Positions 1-11,220 of a stretch of 64,000 nt of DNA are shown here, in pieces. The notes beneath the pieces are model-generated. The model made no database searches and was not told the origin of the DNA. It worked only from the letters and a program-made list of their open reading frames with translations. Within the stretch, counting starts at the first letter, position 1. The number at the start of each line of letters is the position of its first letter. This stretch comes from an uncultured cyanobacterium (lineage in GTDB: Bacteria; Cyanobacteriota; Cyanobacteriia; CAKZMO01). The position numbers and the translations under genes were made by a program. The stretch lies in NCBI GenBank assembly GCA_963719515.1, contig CAVRCJ010000017.1, positions 32,001-96,000 on the forward strand, written 5' to 3'.

Positions 1-348
1 AGCGCCCACGTTCAGCGCCCCTTTGCTGCCGTCTGCCTGCACCTGCTGGGTGCTGAGGTCATAGGGAATGTTGACAACGGCCTTGAACACAGTGTTGGGG
101 AGCACCGCCTGGGGCACCTCTACCTCAGTGGGCATAGCGCCGAGGTGGCAGTTTGCGCAGACGATGCGGCCAGTGGCTTCCCGAGGAGAGTCATAGTTTT
201 GCTGAGCCCAGAAGGGATAGGCGGCAGCGGTCTGCGGGAAGGCGGCGTTGCCGATCAGCAGCGAGGCGGTCACAAGCACAAGTAAAGACGCCTTTAATGC
301 GATCTGGCGAGCGCTGGAGAGAAATTGGGTCCAAAAGTTCGCGCGCAT
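1..348 (-). CDS. petA: Apocytochrome f (5' part; runs off window start)
   Basis: Manual translation from ATG at 348: signal peptide then [26 protein letters not shown] (CxxCH heme motif); directly downstream of petC. Confidence 0.97.
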   Translation of the reverse strand, partial: MRANFWTQFLSSARQIALKASLLVLVTASLLIGNAAFPQTAAAYPFWAQQNYDSPREATGRIVCANCHLGAMPTEVEVPQAVLPNTVFKAVVNIPYDLSTQQVQADGSKGALNVGA

Positions 349-484
349 GGGTATGGCTAAATTAATCTGTGAATAGTAGAACTGGGGATGGGAGGGATGG
401 AGTAGCGCCAGAGGCTTGCACCAGAGGCTTGCACTAAAGGCTCGTGCCAAAAGGCTTACGCCACATAGCGTCTCTAAAGCGCGG

Positions 485-1027
485 CTATGTCCACCAGGGG
501 TTATCGCCAGTGCGGAAATCTGTTTCAGTCCAGGGGGAAAGGGCAATCTTGCCGTCTTCATTGACGTCGGCGTGGGCCAACGCGAGGGAAAGCGGCGCGG
601 GACCCCGGACCACCTTACCCTGGGCGTTGTACTGGGAGCCGTGGCAGGGACAGATGAATCTGTTTTCGGCAGCGTTCCAGGGAACGACGCAGCCCAGGTG
701 GGTACAGACTGCATTGAGGCCGTAGTCAGCGATCGCTTCGCTGCTTTCGACGACAACGTAGGTTGGGTCGCCCTTGAGCCCTTGAGTCAGAACGCGATCG
801 CCTGAAGCGTGGCTAGCCAGAAATTCGCTGACGGTGATGTCACTACCCAGCGCATCTTTCGCTAAAACACCGCCCCCTGCTGCACCACTGGACGGTGGAA
901 TAAAATATTTGACAACCGGATAGAGTGCGCCCAGCGCGGTGCCAGTGATGGTCCCGAAGGTGAGCAGGTTCATAAACTGACGACGACCCATATCAGGGAC
1001 GTCAGGTGTTCCAGAAGCTTGAGTCAT
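485..1027 (-). CDS. petC: Cytochrome b6f Rieske iron-sulfur subunit
   Basis: Tat-like [10 protein letters not shown]; Rieske motifs CTHLGC and CPCHGSQY. Confidence 0.98.
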   Translation of the reverse strand: MTQASGTPDVPDMGRRQFMNLLTFGTITGTALGALYPVVKYFIPPSSGAAGGGVLAKDALGSDITVSEFLASHASGDRVLTQGLKGDPTYVVVESSEAIADYGLNAVCTHLGCVVPWNAAENRFICPCHGSQYNAQGKVVRGPAPLSLALAHADVNEDGKIALSPWTETDFRTGDNPWWT

Positions 1028-1348
1028 AACTTAAACAGTGAATCGGATTACAGCGAATCAAAAAGGAGCATTGAATTAGGCTAGTCGGACCCCGTCGAGG
1101 CTGAAGGGGCTCTAAAGATTGACAACCTGACGTTAACTTTGACAAGCTACCCCGAAAGCAGCGATAGACCGCGCAGTCAGAGCAACATCGCCCGTTAACA
1201 GTTTTTCTAAAAGTATTATTACACTCCAAAGAGTCCGGATCATAAACTTTAGACAAAACGATTGCACAGAGCTACACAGCCTTAAATAATGTTACGTTTT
1301 GAGGCGAAATATTAAGCTACTCTTACAAACTGCGTTGGGGATTAACCG

Positions 1349-1678
1349 ATGGCTGAGGGAATGACCGGAGACGATTTACATCAGCTGCTGATCTCAAAAT
1401 GGGGCCGGTCCTACGACGTCCAGCTCCGGCGGACTCAGGGAAAGCTCTTCCTGCAGATCATGTGGCGCTACCTGGAGCAGGCGTCTTTCCCTAGAAGCGA
1501 AGCGGAATACAGTCAGCATCTCGATGCGATCGCCAACTACATCAACGAGTGGGGTAGGGCCTCTCAGGTACAAACCTTTGTTGAGCAGACCAAAGAGCGT
1601 CCGCGCTTGGGCAAAGCCGTGAGCATTCCCCTTGACCTCGGTCCCCGCGCTTCCGAGTGGCTGCTCGACGATATTTGA
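1349..1678 (+). CDS. Conserved cyanobacterial protein (DUF3067-like)
   Basis: KWGRSYDVQLRR...QIMWRYLEQASFP family pattern; typical neighbour of petC. Confidence 0.8.
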   Translation: MAEGMTGDDLHQLLISKWGRSYDVQLRRTQGKLFLQIMWRYLEQASFPRSEAEYSQHLDAIANYINEWGRASQVQTFVEQTKERPRLGKAVSIPLDLGPRASEWLLDDI

Positions 1679-1726
1679 GCCAATATTTGGGCCAATATTT
1701 GGGCCAGCGTTTGAGCCGGCGTTTGA
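1675..1726. repeat. Short intergenic tandem repeat, 12-bp period (TTG[A/G]GCCAATAT-like, ~4 degenerate copies)
   Basis: ttgagccaatat-ttgggccaatat-ttgggccagcgt-ttgagccggcgt. Confidence 0.7.
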
Positions 1727-2006
1727 AAGGTGGTAAGAGCCTAACGCCCAAGCCTCTAGCCCAGCAAAAACTTTCCAACTTAGATAACGTTCGGCCCGAC
1801 ACATTCCAAAAGATTTAAGCGGGAGACTCCAGCTTTGACGGTAGAATAGGCCACGATGTCAGCGGTTTTACCGGCCTGTCTCAGCGATCGCGCCTTGGCA
1901 CCAGTTCTCAAGCATCGCAGAGGCGGAAACTGACCATCCAAACCAGCGCTGCGGTCTGTCTCCACTGCTCTCACTCCATTCCTGTACGGTTCATTCTATT
2001 TCAACC

Positions 2007-3587
2007 ATGTCTAAAGTTCTCGTCTCTGATCCTGTCGACCAAGCAGGTATCGATATCCTCTCTCAGGTGGCTCACGTCGACATCAAGACGAAACTCTCTG
2101 AAGATGAGCTGGTCCGCCTGATTCCCGACTATGACGCCCTGATGATTCGCTCGGGCACCCAGGTGACGGGCGACGTCATCCGCGCTGCCGAGAAGCTCAA
2201 AATCATCGGCCGCGCCGGGGTTGGCGTTGATAACGTCGACGTTGCAGCAGCCACCCGCCAGGGAATACTCGTGGTGAATTCCCCTGAGGGAAACACCGTT
2301 GCGGCGGCGGAGCACACCGTCGCCATGATGCTGGCCCTCTCTCGCCACATCTCCGACGCCAACCAGTCCATCAAATCTGGAAACTGGGACCGCAAATCTT
2401 TTACGGGCGTCGAGGTCTACAAAAAGACTCTGGGCATCGTTGGCCTCGGCAAAATTGGCTCCCACGTGGCCACCATCGCCCGCGCCATGGGAATGCGCCT
2501 ATTGGCCTACGACCCCTTCTTGTCCATGGAGCGTGCTGAGCAAATTGGCTGCCAGCTCGTCGAGCTAGATCTGCTGATTCGAGAAGCCGATTACATCACG
2601 CTGCATTTGCCTAAAACCCCCGAAACTCTGCATATGATCAATGCCGAGGCCTTCGCCAACATGAAGCCCACGGCCCGCATCGTCAACTGCGCTCGGGGCG
2701 GCATCATCGACGAAAATGATCTAGCAGAGGCGCTCGAAGCGGGGGAAATTGCCGGTGCGGCACTGGACGTGTACGAGAACGAGCCGCTGCAGGATTCGCC
2801 CCTCATTAAAGTGGGCAAGCAGCTCGTGCTGACGCCTCACCTGGGGGCCTCCACGGCAGAGGCTCAGGTAAACGTAGCCATCGACGTGGCCGAGCAAATT
2901 CGCGACGTTTTGCTGGGCTTACCCGCCCGCTCAGCCGTCAATATCCCCGGCCTGCGCCCCGACGTGCTAGAGAAGCTGCGGCCCTACCTGGAGCTAGCGG
3001 AGACCCTGGGTAATCTGGTGAGCCAGCTGAGCGGCGGGCGCATCGACTCGTTCAACGTGCGGCTGCAGGGGGAGCTTGCCACCAACGAAAGCCAGCCCGT
3101 GGTGATTGCGGCCCTCAAAGGGCTCTTGTCCCATGCCCTGCAGGAGCGCGTCAACTACGTCAACGCCAGCATTGAGGCCAAAGAGCGGGGCATCCGAGTC
3201 ACCGAGACGCGGGACGGCTCGGTGCGAGACTACGCCGGTTCACTCTACCTGTCTGCGACGGGGTCTTTGGGCTCTCACTCCGTGATGGGAGCGCTGCTCG
3301 GAGATAACGAAATTCGGATTACGAAGCTCGACGATTTTCCCATCAACGTGCCGCCCAACCGCCACATGTTGTTCACTCTGCACCGCGACATGCCGGGAAT
3401 CATCGGCAAGATTGGCTCGCTGCTGGGAAGCTTCAACGTCAATATTGCCAGTATGCAGGTGGGCCGGAAAATCGTTCGCGGAGACGCGGTGATGGTGCTC
3501 AGTATCGATGATCCGCTGCCGGAGGGTATTCTGACTGAAATCACCAAGGTTCCGGGAATTCGAGATGCCTATACCGTTACGCTGTAG
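2007..3587 (+). CDS. serA: D-3-phosphoglycerate dehydrogenase
   Basis: GRAGVGVDNVD, GLGKIG Rossmann motif, TPHLGAST, C-terminal ACT domain. Confidence 0.97.
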   Translation: MSKVLVSDPVDQAGIDILSQVAHVDIKTKLSEDELVRLIPDYDALMIRSGTQVTGDVIRAAEKLKIIGRAGVGVDNVDVAAATRQGILVVNSPEGNTVAAAEHTVAMMLALSRHISDANQSIKSGNWDRKSFTGVEVYKKTLGIVGLGKIGSHVATIARAMGMRLLAYDPFLSMERAEQIGCQLVELDLLIREADYITLHLPKTPETLHMINAEAFANMKPTARIVNCARGGIIDENDLAEALEAGEIAGAALDVYENEPLQDSPLIKVGKQLVLTPHLGASTAEAQVNVAIDVAEQIRDVLLGLPARSAVNIPGLRPDVLEKLRPYLELAETLGNLVSQLSGGRIDSFNVRLQGELATNESQPVVIAALKGLLSHALQERVNYVNASIEAKERGIRVTETRDGSVRDYAGSLYLSATGSLGSHSVMGALLGDNEIRITKLDDFPINVPPNRHMLFTLHRDMPGIIGKIGSLLGSFNVNIASMQVGRKIVRGDAVMVLSIDDPLPEGILTEITKVPGIRDAYTVTL

Positions 3588-3730
3588 GCCGTCGCGCTAT
3601 AGGCCGTTCGCTATAGGCGGTCACGCTGTCGGGTTGCGGCAGCGTAGAGATGGGCCAAACAGATAGGGCCAAACAGATGGAGCCGGTGGGCCAGGTTGGG
3701 GCGGGTGGAATTAACAAAGGGGCGATCGCG

Positions 3731-4627
3731 TTGACAAACAGCTGGTGGGAGATTCAGGTCCTGTGCGACCCGGCGGCGGAAGACCTGGTGTTTTGGCGGC
3801 TGCAGGAGTTTGGCTGTCGGGGAACGTCCAGCGAGATCAAAAACCACCGCTGCTGGCTGCGGGCCTATATGCCCCAGATACAGGCGGCGCTGCTTGACCT
3901 AGCGGCGCTGTCACTGCTCGCCCGGCAAGATGCCCTTTGCGCCCAGCTGCCGGTGCCTCAGCTCAGCTGGAGCCTCATTGATGAGGAAGACTGGTCAAGC
4001 ACCTGGAAGCAGTACTGGCAGCCCCAAGACATTGGCGATCGCCTCGTCATTGTCCCCGCCTGGATTGAACCTGACCCCAATTCAGACCGGCTGCCCCTAA
4101 GGCTTGACCCCGGTACCGCCTTTGGCACCGGCAACCACCCCACCACTCAGCTTTGCTTAGAGTCGCTGGAAATGCGGCTTCCGGACGCCGCCACTGCGCG
4201 GGGCGCTGTGCTGGCAGATATCGGCTGCGGGTCTGGAATTCTCTCCATCGGGGCCCTACTGCTGGGGGCTAAGCAGGTCTACAGCGTCGATATTGACCCT
4301 CTCGCAGTGAAAGCGACAGGGGAGAACGGCAGCCTCAATGGGCTTGATCCCAAGCAGCTGGTAGTCGAGTCGGGCAGCATTGAGACTTTAATGGAGAGGC
4401 TGCCCCACCCAGTGGACGGCATCGTCTGCAATATTTTGGCGGAAGTGATCGTGGATCTCGTGCCTAAGATGGGGGAAATTGCCAAGACCACGACCTGGGG
4501 AATTTTGAGCGGCATCCTGTTAGAGCAGGCCAAGCTAGTGGCCGACACCCTAGAAGAGCACGGCTGGATTGTAGCCACCCTGTGGCGTCGTCAGGATTGG
4601 TGCTGTATGAATATTCGCCGGGGATAG
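3731..4627 (+). CDS. prmA: Ribosomal protein L11 methyltransferase (probable TTG start at 3731; ORF is open from 3650)
   Basis: [32 protein letters not shown] motifs. Confidence 0.93.
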   Translation: MTNSWWEIQVLCDPAAEDLVFWRLQEFGCRGTSSEIKNHRCWLRAYMPQIQAALLDLAALSLLARQDALCAQLPVPQLSWSLIDEEDWSSTWKQYWQPQDIGDRLVIVPAWIEPDPNSDRLPLRLDPGTAFGTGNHPTTQLCLESLEMRLPDAATARGAVLADIGCGSGILSIGALLLGAKQVYSVDIDPLAVKATGENGSLNGLDPKQLVVESGSIETLMERLPHPVDGIVCNILAEVIVDLVPKMGEIAKTTTWGILSGILLEQAKLVADTLEEHGWIVATLWRRQDWCCMNIRRG

Positions 4628-4740
4628 AACGCTACGGATAGCGTCAAAGAGATAGCCTTAGCAATACATTTGATCCTTGGAGAAGCCTGTATTTAGTGGC
4701 ATGATGAGAAGCATAACGCTACTCATGTGGTCTCCCGCGC

Positions 4741-5536
4741 CATGGTCTATCCCATCTCGGCAGCTAAGCTCCAAACCTACTATCGGTGCCCCCGCGCCTA
4801 CTACTATCGCTACGAGCGCAGGCTTCCCAACGCCGCTTTCTTCGGCTCGGCAGCGCTCGGCACCTCCTTGCATCAAGCGTTGGCCAGCATCTATCGCGAC
4901 TGGCATTACCAGGAACCTATCCCCGAGTTTGGCTGGGTAGACCACTGCTGGGAGCAGCAGTCAACAGCCTTGAAGTCCTCTCAAAGAGACGAAGGTCGCC
5001 GCATTCTGCAGCGCTACTATGCTGAGTTTATGAATAACGGGTCGTCGCTGCGGAAGCCTCTAGCGGTTGAGGGGCGTATCCAGGGCGGTCTACGGGTCCA
5101 GAACCTAGAGTTCATTTTGTCAGGCCGCTACGACCGGCTTGATTACCTCGACGACGGCTTAGAGCTAATTGACTACAAGTCTGGAAAAGACTCCAGCATG
5201 CCCGACCCCGACGACGTAGACCTGCAGATTGGGCTCTACTATTTGGCTCTAGAGCAGCGCTACCGCCGCCAGCTCAAGCGGCTGAGCATTATCCACCTGC
5301 GCACGGGAGATAAGGTCAGCTTTAGCGCCACCCCCTTTCACCGCGAGCGGGTCAAGACCTTGGTAGGCGACATTGCCGTGCAGCTGCGTCATGACAGCAG
5401 CTGGCAGCCCTTTCCCGGTACCCAATGCGATCGCTGCGCCTACGCCCGCTACTGCCCCGCCGTTCACATCGACCCCGATCCCCTGCCTGAAGAGGCCAAA
5501 CCCAAGCCCCAGCTGCAGCTCGCCCTCAGCCTCTAG
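4741..5536 (+). CDS. PD-(D/E)xK RecB/Cas4-like nuclease with probable Fe-S cysteines
   Basis: CPR near N-terminus, GTSLHQAL, GRYDRLD...LIDYKSG, C-terminal CxxCxxxxxC. Confidence 0.85.
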
Positions 5537-5633
5537 AGCTAGGCTAAAGGACCGGTCTACCAGCGCCAGCGATAGGGACGGCGGCCCCGCTATAGTGAAA
5601 GACTAGATACCCTATTACAAACCGCAACTGACC

Positions 5634-6197
5634 GTGGCACAGACCCCCACCTTTCAGCAGGCTACCCAGAATTTAGCAGACCGCCAGCGCGACGACCTCA
5701 CCCAGGGCCGCTGCGTTGTGGTTCAGAGCGGGGACGCTCACCGAGGCTACAGGCTGATCGATACCGCGCCAGATATAGTGTGGGCTGTGATCACCGACTA
5801 CGAGAACTTCCCGGCTTTTTTGCCGACGGTAGTAGAGACCCGCGTGGTGACTGACGAGGGTGACCGCAAGGTGGTGGAGCAGGTGGATGAGCGCAAAGTG
5901 CTGTTCGCTAAGGTGACCTCCCGAATTCAAACTGAGAATCTGGAGCTGCCGTCGCGCCAGGTCAAGTTCAAGCTCACGGAGGGGGACTTAAACCAGTTTG
6001 AAGGCTCTTGGCGGGTGATTGAGGCGTCTACTGAGTCGGACCAGCCGACGCTGCTGACGCAGGAAATCATCGCTGAGGCCGGAGCAGGCCCCTTGGAAGT
6101 GGCGTTTGAGCAGATTCTAAAGCGCAGTCTGGAAAAGAATTTAGAAGCGATCGCCCAAGAAGTGTACCGGCGGTGTCGCGCCTCGGAAGGGGTCTGA
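5634..6197 (+). CDS. SRPBCC/polyketide cyclase-like (START fold) protein
   Basis: VWAVITDYENFPAFLP...EGDLNQFEGSWRV. Confidence 0.8.
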   Translation: MAQTPTFQQATQNLADRQRDDLTQGRCVVVQSGDAHRGYRLIDTAPDIVWAVITDYENFPAFLPTVVETRVVTDEGDRKVVEQVDERKVLFAKVTSRIQTENLELPSRQVKFKLTEGDLNQFEGSWRVIEASTESDQPTLLTQEIIAEAGAGPLEVAFEQILKRSLEKNLEAIAQEVYRRCRASEGV

Positions 6198-6235
6198 AGG
6201 GTACAGCATGCTGCGCCCGTAACGAATCTTGGCCA

Positions 6236-8077
6236 TCAATCGGTAAAGCCCATGGCGTAATCGCTACTCTCAAAGAGCTGACAGTGAGAGCAAGACAGAT
6301 CTATCCCTTCGCCGCGGAGAAGCTGGGTTTTGAAGGCGTCAGAGAGCCCCACATAAACCAGGGTAATGTTTTTGCGTTTGGCCAAGCTCAAGAGCTTCTT
6401 GAACGCTAGCACGGCGGACGAATCCAGGCTCACGACTCGGCAAAAGTCTAAAACGAACGTCTTGGGGGTATCAGCGTCACAGGGTTCAAGGGTAGACTGA
6501 AGCGACTGGAATAGGCTCGCCGCGTTGCCAAAAAACAAAAAGCCCTGCAGAACGGCATGGGAGACGGACTGCCCTTCCGGGTCGTGCTTTTTCATTTGAG
6601 CGATCGCCTCTGCCGTATCGCTGAGGACCACCGATTCGGCGGAGAGCATCGTCTGAGCTTGACTACAGTGATACAGAAACTGCAGCACCGTTAGCCCGAG
6701 GCCTACCAAAATACCCGGCAAAAACCCCAGCGCCCCAATAGTAACTACGGTTGACAGCACGATGCAGTAGTCAACCAGCGGAAACTTAGACCAGCCTTGA
6801 ATCAGCCACTTCCAGAGCAGATCAATGCCTAGAAATAGCAGAAGGCTGCCCAAAATCGGCTTCGGGAAATAGGCCAAAAAAGAGGGGCCTAAAATCAGCA
6901 CTACCGTACAGGGCACCGCTTTAAATACCCCGGTCAGTCGGTTGGCGGCCCCCATCTTGTGCGCCAGCAGCGTGCTGGGCAGCGCCTGGTTTCCGGTCAT
7001 GGTGCTCCCCAGGCCCGCCGCCAAGTTGGCCAAGCCGACGGCCTGCAGCTCGCGGTTGAGGTCTAGCTCCCGGTCGAGGGCCAGCTCGAGGCCACTGTTG
7101 GTCAAGACTAAAGACAAAAAGCTGACGAAAATAAGCAGACCGAGGGTACCGCTGTGCTGAGCGATCGCCCCCCAGTGGACGCTTGCTAAGTCTGCTCCGG
7201 TGAGCGGTTGCCAGAGATTCCCCTCGGGGAAGGGTCCTAAAAGCCAGCCCTGCTCGTGGGCCGCGTCGAAAGACAGCCCGCAGGCCCAGGTGACGCCGAA
7301 AAAAACAGCCGTGGCCGCCAGCAGCAGACCGGGCAGCACCAAATAATGCTGAAACCGCTGGCTGACGCCAAACAGCACGAGCGCAATCAGCAGGCCAGAA
7401 AGCCAGTGGAAGCAGGGGTCGCGCTGGAAGAACCAGCTCAGGTGGGACAGGGTAATGCCCTCTCCCGTCATCACCTTGATAGCCCCCTGTACCAAAAGCC
7501 ACCCCGTTCCCGCCATAAATCCGCCGACGACCGGGTAGGGAATCACCTGGGCCGCTTCTCCCCACTTCAAAGCTCCCAGCACCCACAGCACAGCGCCCGT
7601 CAGCAGGGTTCCAAGGGCGATCGCCGCCACCACTGTGATGGCGATTGTTTGAGAATCAGCGGTATCCGCTAGGGTGGCGGCAAGGCCAGCGGCCAGCACG
7701 GCGAGCACGGCGGTGGGCGCAGCCAGCGGCGTAGCAATGATGCCGGGGAGAGAGCTGGTCAAAGCCACCACAGCGCTGATGATTGCGGAGCTGAAAACCG
7801 CAATGCCCACGCCAACGTGCAGATGGGCGGATAAACTTCCCGAGAAAATGATCGCTGCATAGGAGATAGCCCGAATAACGCCGATGATACCGGTGACTGT
7901 TCCAGCGGCTAGGCTAGGGACGAGCTTGGAGGGGTGCAGTTCACCGTTGAAGGGGGGCGATCGCCGCAGGGCGTTAGGTGGTGATGGGTCAGGTGGCGAT
8001 GGGTCGGGTGACGACGGGCTAGGCGAGGATAGGTCAGGCGGCGGTGCATCGGGCGGCAGCGGATCGAGAGATGTCAT
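6236..8077 (-). CDS. SulP-family anion transporter with STAS domain
   Basis: IPYPVVGGFMAGTG, many TM helices, LQGFLFFGNA/LDSSAV STAS motifs. Confidence 0.9.
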   Translation of the reverse strand: MTSLDPLPPDAPPPDLSSPSPSSPDPSPPDPSPPNALRRSPPFNGELHPSKLVPSLAAGTVTGIIGVIRAISYAAIIFSGSLSAHLHVGVGIAVFSSAIISAVVALTSSLPGIIATPLAAPTAVLAVLAAGLAATLADTADSQTIAITVVAAIALGTLLTGAVLWVLGALKWGEAAQVIPYPVVGGFMAGTGWLLVQGAIKVMTGEGITLSHLSWFFQRDPCFHWLSGLLIALVLFGVSQRFQHYLVLPGLLLAATAVFFGVTWACGLSFDAAHEQGWLLGPFPEGNLWQPLTGADLASVHWGAIAQHSGTLGLLIFVSFLSLVLTNSGLELALDRELDLNRELQAVGLANLAAGLGSTMTGNQALPSTLLAHKMGAANRLTGVFKAVPCTVVLILGPSFLAYFPKPILGSLLLFLGIDLLWKWLIQGWSKFPLVDYCIVLSTVVTIGALGFLPGILVGLGLTVLQFLYHCSQAQTMLSAESVVLSDTAEAIAQMKKHDPEGQSVSHAVLQGFLFFGNAASLFQSLQSTLEPCDADTPKTFVLDFCRVVSLDSSAVLAFKKLLSLAKRKNITLVYVGLSDAFKTQLLRGEGIDLSCSHCQLFESSDYAMGFTD

Positions 8078-8136
8078 GGGGGCTTTCGGCGACGGGGGAA
8101 GCTAAGACAATACCGAGATCTGTAGCGGCCAAAGCG

Positions 8137-10608
8137 CTACTGCGTCACGCGCAGCTGCTCTTCGCGGCGAATTAGACTATCGCACAAGATGGTGACAATG
8201 TGGGCCTGTAGGGCCTGGGCAAGGTCGGGGTCATTCTCCTTCATGCGGCTGAAAGCGTCCCGCGTCAGGCAATGGAGTTGGCTAAGCTTGTCGGTAACCA
8301 CAGAGGTTGAGAGGGGAACCTTACCGAAAAACCGCATTTCCCCCAGCAGACTGCCGCCGCCGACCGTCTGTAGGCGCTTCGGGTGGTCACCGGTTTCTAG
8401 CAGCATGCTTACCTGCCCTGACTCGATAAAGTACAGATCAGACACCGCTTCCCCACGGCGAAAAATGTAGTGGCAAGGGGGGAGCAACTGCGGCTCTAGG
8501 TAAGGGATAAAGCGCTCGACCTGCTCCGGGATGAGAAACATAGCCGTCAGCTGCGCCGCTAGGTCACTAGCGGGGGGAGTCCCCGATGTCGCCGCCAGCT
8601 GCTGCTCCTCGCACCACTCCAGCGCCCGATCGATGTCGGGAAACACCTGGCAGTAGTCCAGCGCCCGGTCGAAGCCTTCCCCTCGCTGGAGCGTGACCTC
8701 AAACTCAGCGGTGAGGTTGGTGAGCGCGAGGGTGAACTGCTGCTTACGGGCCAGCCGCAAAATCTTGTTGAAGGTGAGGACGGCGGAGGAGTCTATCCCG
8801 GTGACCTGGCGAAAGTCGATGAGTAGATAGCGGAGGGGCTGAGATTGCTGGGCCGTTTGAGCCGCATTGGGATACACACCATCGGCATCGTTCTGACTCC
8901 AGTCAGTCTCACTAGACCCAGACTCGCTAAACTCGATCTCATCAGCCCCAAGCTCACTACCAGGTTCAGCCCTATCAGACTGCTCCGGCGAATCGCCCCC
9001 CAGAACGCGATCGCGGACCTTGCTCAGCAGGTAGTTGGCGGTGCCGAAAAACAAAAAGCCCTGTAGCTCTAGAACGTAGATTTGGTCGCCGCTGCGGGAA
9101 AGAATCTGGTCCTGCGCTGGAGGCCGGTCTAAGTTGCTGCGAATTTGAGCGCCTGAGGTGACCTGCCTGGCGACGTCGACCTGGCTATAGCGATACATAA
9201 AGCTAATGACGGTGAGCACAAACCCCACCGCAATTCCCTGCAAAAAACCAGCGGCGTCAATCACAACGACGGTGGCCCAAACCGAGAGGTAGTCGGCTAA
9301 GGGCAGTTTGAAGTAGGCGCTATATCCCCACCGCAGCAGCAGTGACAGCCCTAAGTAGAGCAGCAGGCACCCCAAAATTGCTTTGGGCAAATAGGCTAAA
9401 AAGGTCGACCCTAAGATTAAAACGGCGATCGCCGGCAGCGTCGCAACGAGCCCAGTCAGGCGGTGGGGGGCTCCCATGTCATGGACGAGCAGGGTGCTCG
9501 GCATCGCCTGACTCCCCACCATGCCGCCCCCCAGTCCAGACAGCAGATTGCCCAGTCCAACGGCCCTGAGTTCACGGCTCAAGTTGAGGTCTCGTTCAAC
9601 CACCACCTCGATACTGCTGTTGCTCAGCAGCAGGGAGAGCAGCGAGACAAAGACTACGGTGACGATGCTGCCGGTTTGATGGGCGATCGCCCGCCAATGG
9701 ACCCCAGAAAAGGTATCGAGGGTCAACGGATGCCATAGCCCTCCCTCGCCGTCGGGAAAGGGGCCCAGCAGCAGTCCGCTGGCGCGAGCCGCCTCTAAGG
9801 GAGTGCGCGTCACCCACAGCCCCAAGTAGAACAACCCCGTGCATCCCAGCAGGGCCACTGGCATCACCCAAGACTGCTTGAATAGCCGGGTAACCGTCAG
9901 CAACACCAGCGCAAACCCCAAGCCGGGAAGCCAAAGGGGCACCCTGTCAGCCTGAAATAGGGCGGATAGGGTCTCCAGGCTGAGCTGTTGACTGGTGGTC
10001 ACCTGCACAAACCCCTTCGTCAGCAGCCAGCCTGTCCCGGCCATGAACCCCCCGATGACGGGGTAGGGAACCACGCGAATCCGCTCTCCCTGGTTAGAAA
10101 CGCCCAAGGCCAGCAGCAGCAGTCCCGTGAGCAGGGAAGTGAGGGCGATCGCTACCGCCACGGTGGCCAGCAGCTCCGCCTCCGGAACAACACCGGACAG
10201 CTCTTGGGCGATGCTGCCCGCCATGAGCGCTAAAATTGCCGTTGGGGCCGCTAGGGGGGTCGCGATGATGCCGGGAAGAGTGCTGGTGAGAGCCACCAGA
10301 CCGCAAATTATGCAGGTGCTGTACAGCGCTACGCCCAATCCATTGGGCAAAAAAGCTTCTAGGGAGCCCGAGAAGATGAGGCTGGCATAGGAAATTGCGC
10401 GAATAGCACCGATGACGCCCGTAATTAGACCTGCAGGCACGCTAGAGAGCAGGGCGCTGGGCTGAAAATTAGCTCTGAGCTGCTGCAGTAAATGCGGCGA
10501 CGAGGAAGGCTGGGCGAGTTGGGTCATTTCGGCGGGAGACAAAAGTTTAGCTGAGTGCTGCAGGCTATGGCGAGTCAGAGCCGGACTGAGGGCCAGATTG
10601 GGCAGCAC
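8137..10608 (-). CDS. SulP-family transporter with STAS and C-terminal cNMP-binding domain (LtnT-like; true start may be ATG 10528)
   Basis: VPYPVIGGFMAGTG, STAS motifs, LYFIESGQV...GEMRFF cNMP domain. Confidence 0.9.
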   Translation of the reverse strand: MLPNLALSPALTRHSLQHSAKLLSPAEMTQLAQPSSSPHLLQQLRANFQPSALLSSVPAGLITGVIGAIRAISYASLIFSGSLEAFLPNGLGVALYSTCIICGLVALTSTLPGIIATPLAAPTAILALMAGSIAQELSGVVPEAELLATVAVAIALTSLLTGLLLLALGVSNQGERIRVVPYPVIGGFMAGTGWLLTKGFVQVTTSQQLSLETLSALFQADRVPLWLPGLGFALVLLTVTRLFKQSWVMPVALLGCTGLFYLGLWVTRTPLEAARASGLLLGPFPDGEGGLWHPLTLDTFSGVHWRAIAHQTGSIVTVVFVSLLSLLLSNSSIEVVVERDLNLSRELRAVGLGNLLSGLGGGMVGSQAMPSTLLVHDMGAPHRLTGLVATLPAIAVLILGSTFLAYLPKAILGCLLLYLGLSLLLRWGYSAYFKLPLADYLSVWATVVVIDAAGFLQGIAVGFVLTVISFMYRYSQVDVARQVTSGAQIRSNLDRPPAQDQILSRSGDQIYVLELQGFLFFGTANYLLSKVRDRVLGGDSPEQSDRAEPGSELGADEIEFSESGSSETDWSQNDADGVYPNAAQTAQQSQPLRYLLIDFRQVTGIDSSAVLTFNKILRLARKQQFTLALTNLTAEFEVTLQRGEGFDRALDYCQVFPDIDRALEWCEEQQLAATSGTPPASDLAAQLTAMFLIPEQVERFIPYLEPQLLPPCHYIFRRGEAVSDLYFIESGQVSMLLETGDHPKRLQTVGGGSLLGEMRFFGKVPLSTSVVTDKLSQLHCLTRDAFSRMKENDPDLAQALQAHIVTILCDSLIRREEQLRVTQ

Positions 10609-10640
10609 TCCTCACTAACCCATACCGGCGTCTCTCAAGG

Positions 10641-10684
10641 TGTATTGTCACCTACATTTTTGTGTCAGAACCCTGCAGTATGGT
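10641..10684 (+). promoter_or_regulatory. Putative NtcA-activated promoter (TGTA-N8-TACA, then TAN3T -10)
   Basis: tGTAttgtcaccTACa at 10641-10656; TATGGT at 10679-10684, 23 nt after the TAC. Confidence 0.55.
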
Positions 10685-10790
10685 GAGGGCGGAGAAGGGG
10701 CCTAGCGCCCCCTGAATTGTCTCACATGAAAATTTGACCCAAGGGTGGTTTTCCGTGAGACTGTGGACTAGACGGTATGACCCAATCCCT

Positions 10791-11108
10791 ATGATTCAGC
10801 GGCGTCTTCGTAGTCTGCACAAGTTCATAGCCCCGATCGTGATGCTGCCCTTGGTGGTGACTGTTTTTACCGGGGTTACCTATCGCCTCTCAAAAGATTG
10901 GTTTGGCTGGACCCGCGACCAGGCCCACTGGCTGATGGTGATCCATGAAGGAGAGTATTTGGGCGAGCGGCTGAAGTCGGTTTACGTCCTGCTAAATGGG
11001 CTGGGGCTGCTATGGATGCTGGTGACGGGCGGGACAATGTGGTTTCAGTCGGTTCGACAGTCTCTAGGGCAGAGGAAACCGGTTCAGCAGGCGGAGTCGG
11101 ACGCGTGA
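10791..11108 (+). CDS. Small PepSY-associated TM-helix membrane protein
   Basis: RRLRSLHKFIAPIVMLPL...TGVTYR...LMVIHEGEYLG pattern. Confidence 0.7.
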   Translation: MIQRRLRSLHKFIAPIVMLPLVVTVFTGVTYRLSKDWFGWTRDQAHWLMVIHEGEYLGERLKSVYVLLNGLGLLWMLVTGGTMWFQSVRQSLGQRKPVQQAESDA

Positions 11109-11220
11109 GTATCTTTCCTCGACAAATCCGCCGCCGTATCAGACCAGAAAATCCGATTCGCCGCGAAAGCGTGCGGGTTTGGGAAGACAGCGTAGGGGCC
11201 TCTAGGGCATCTTCCGAAGC

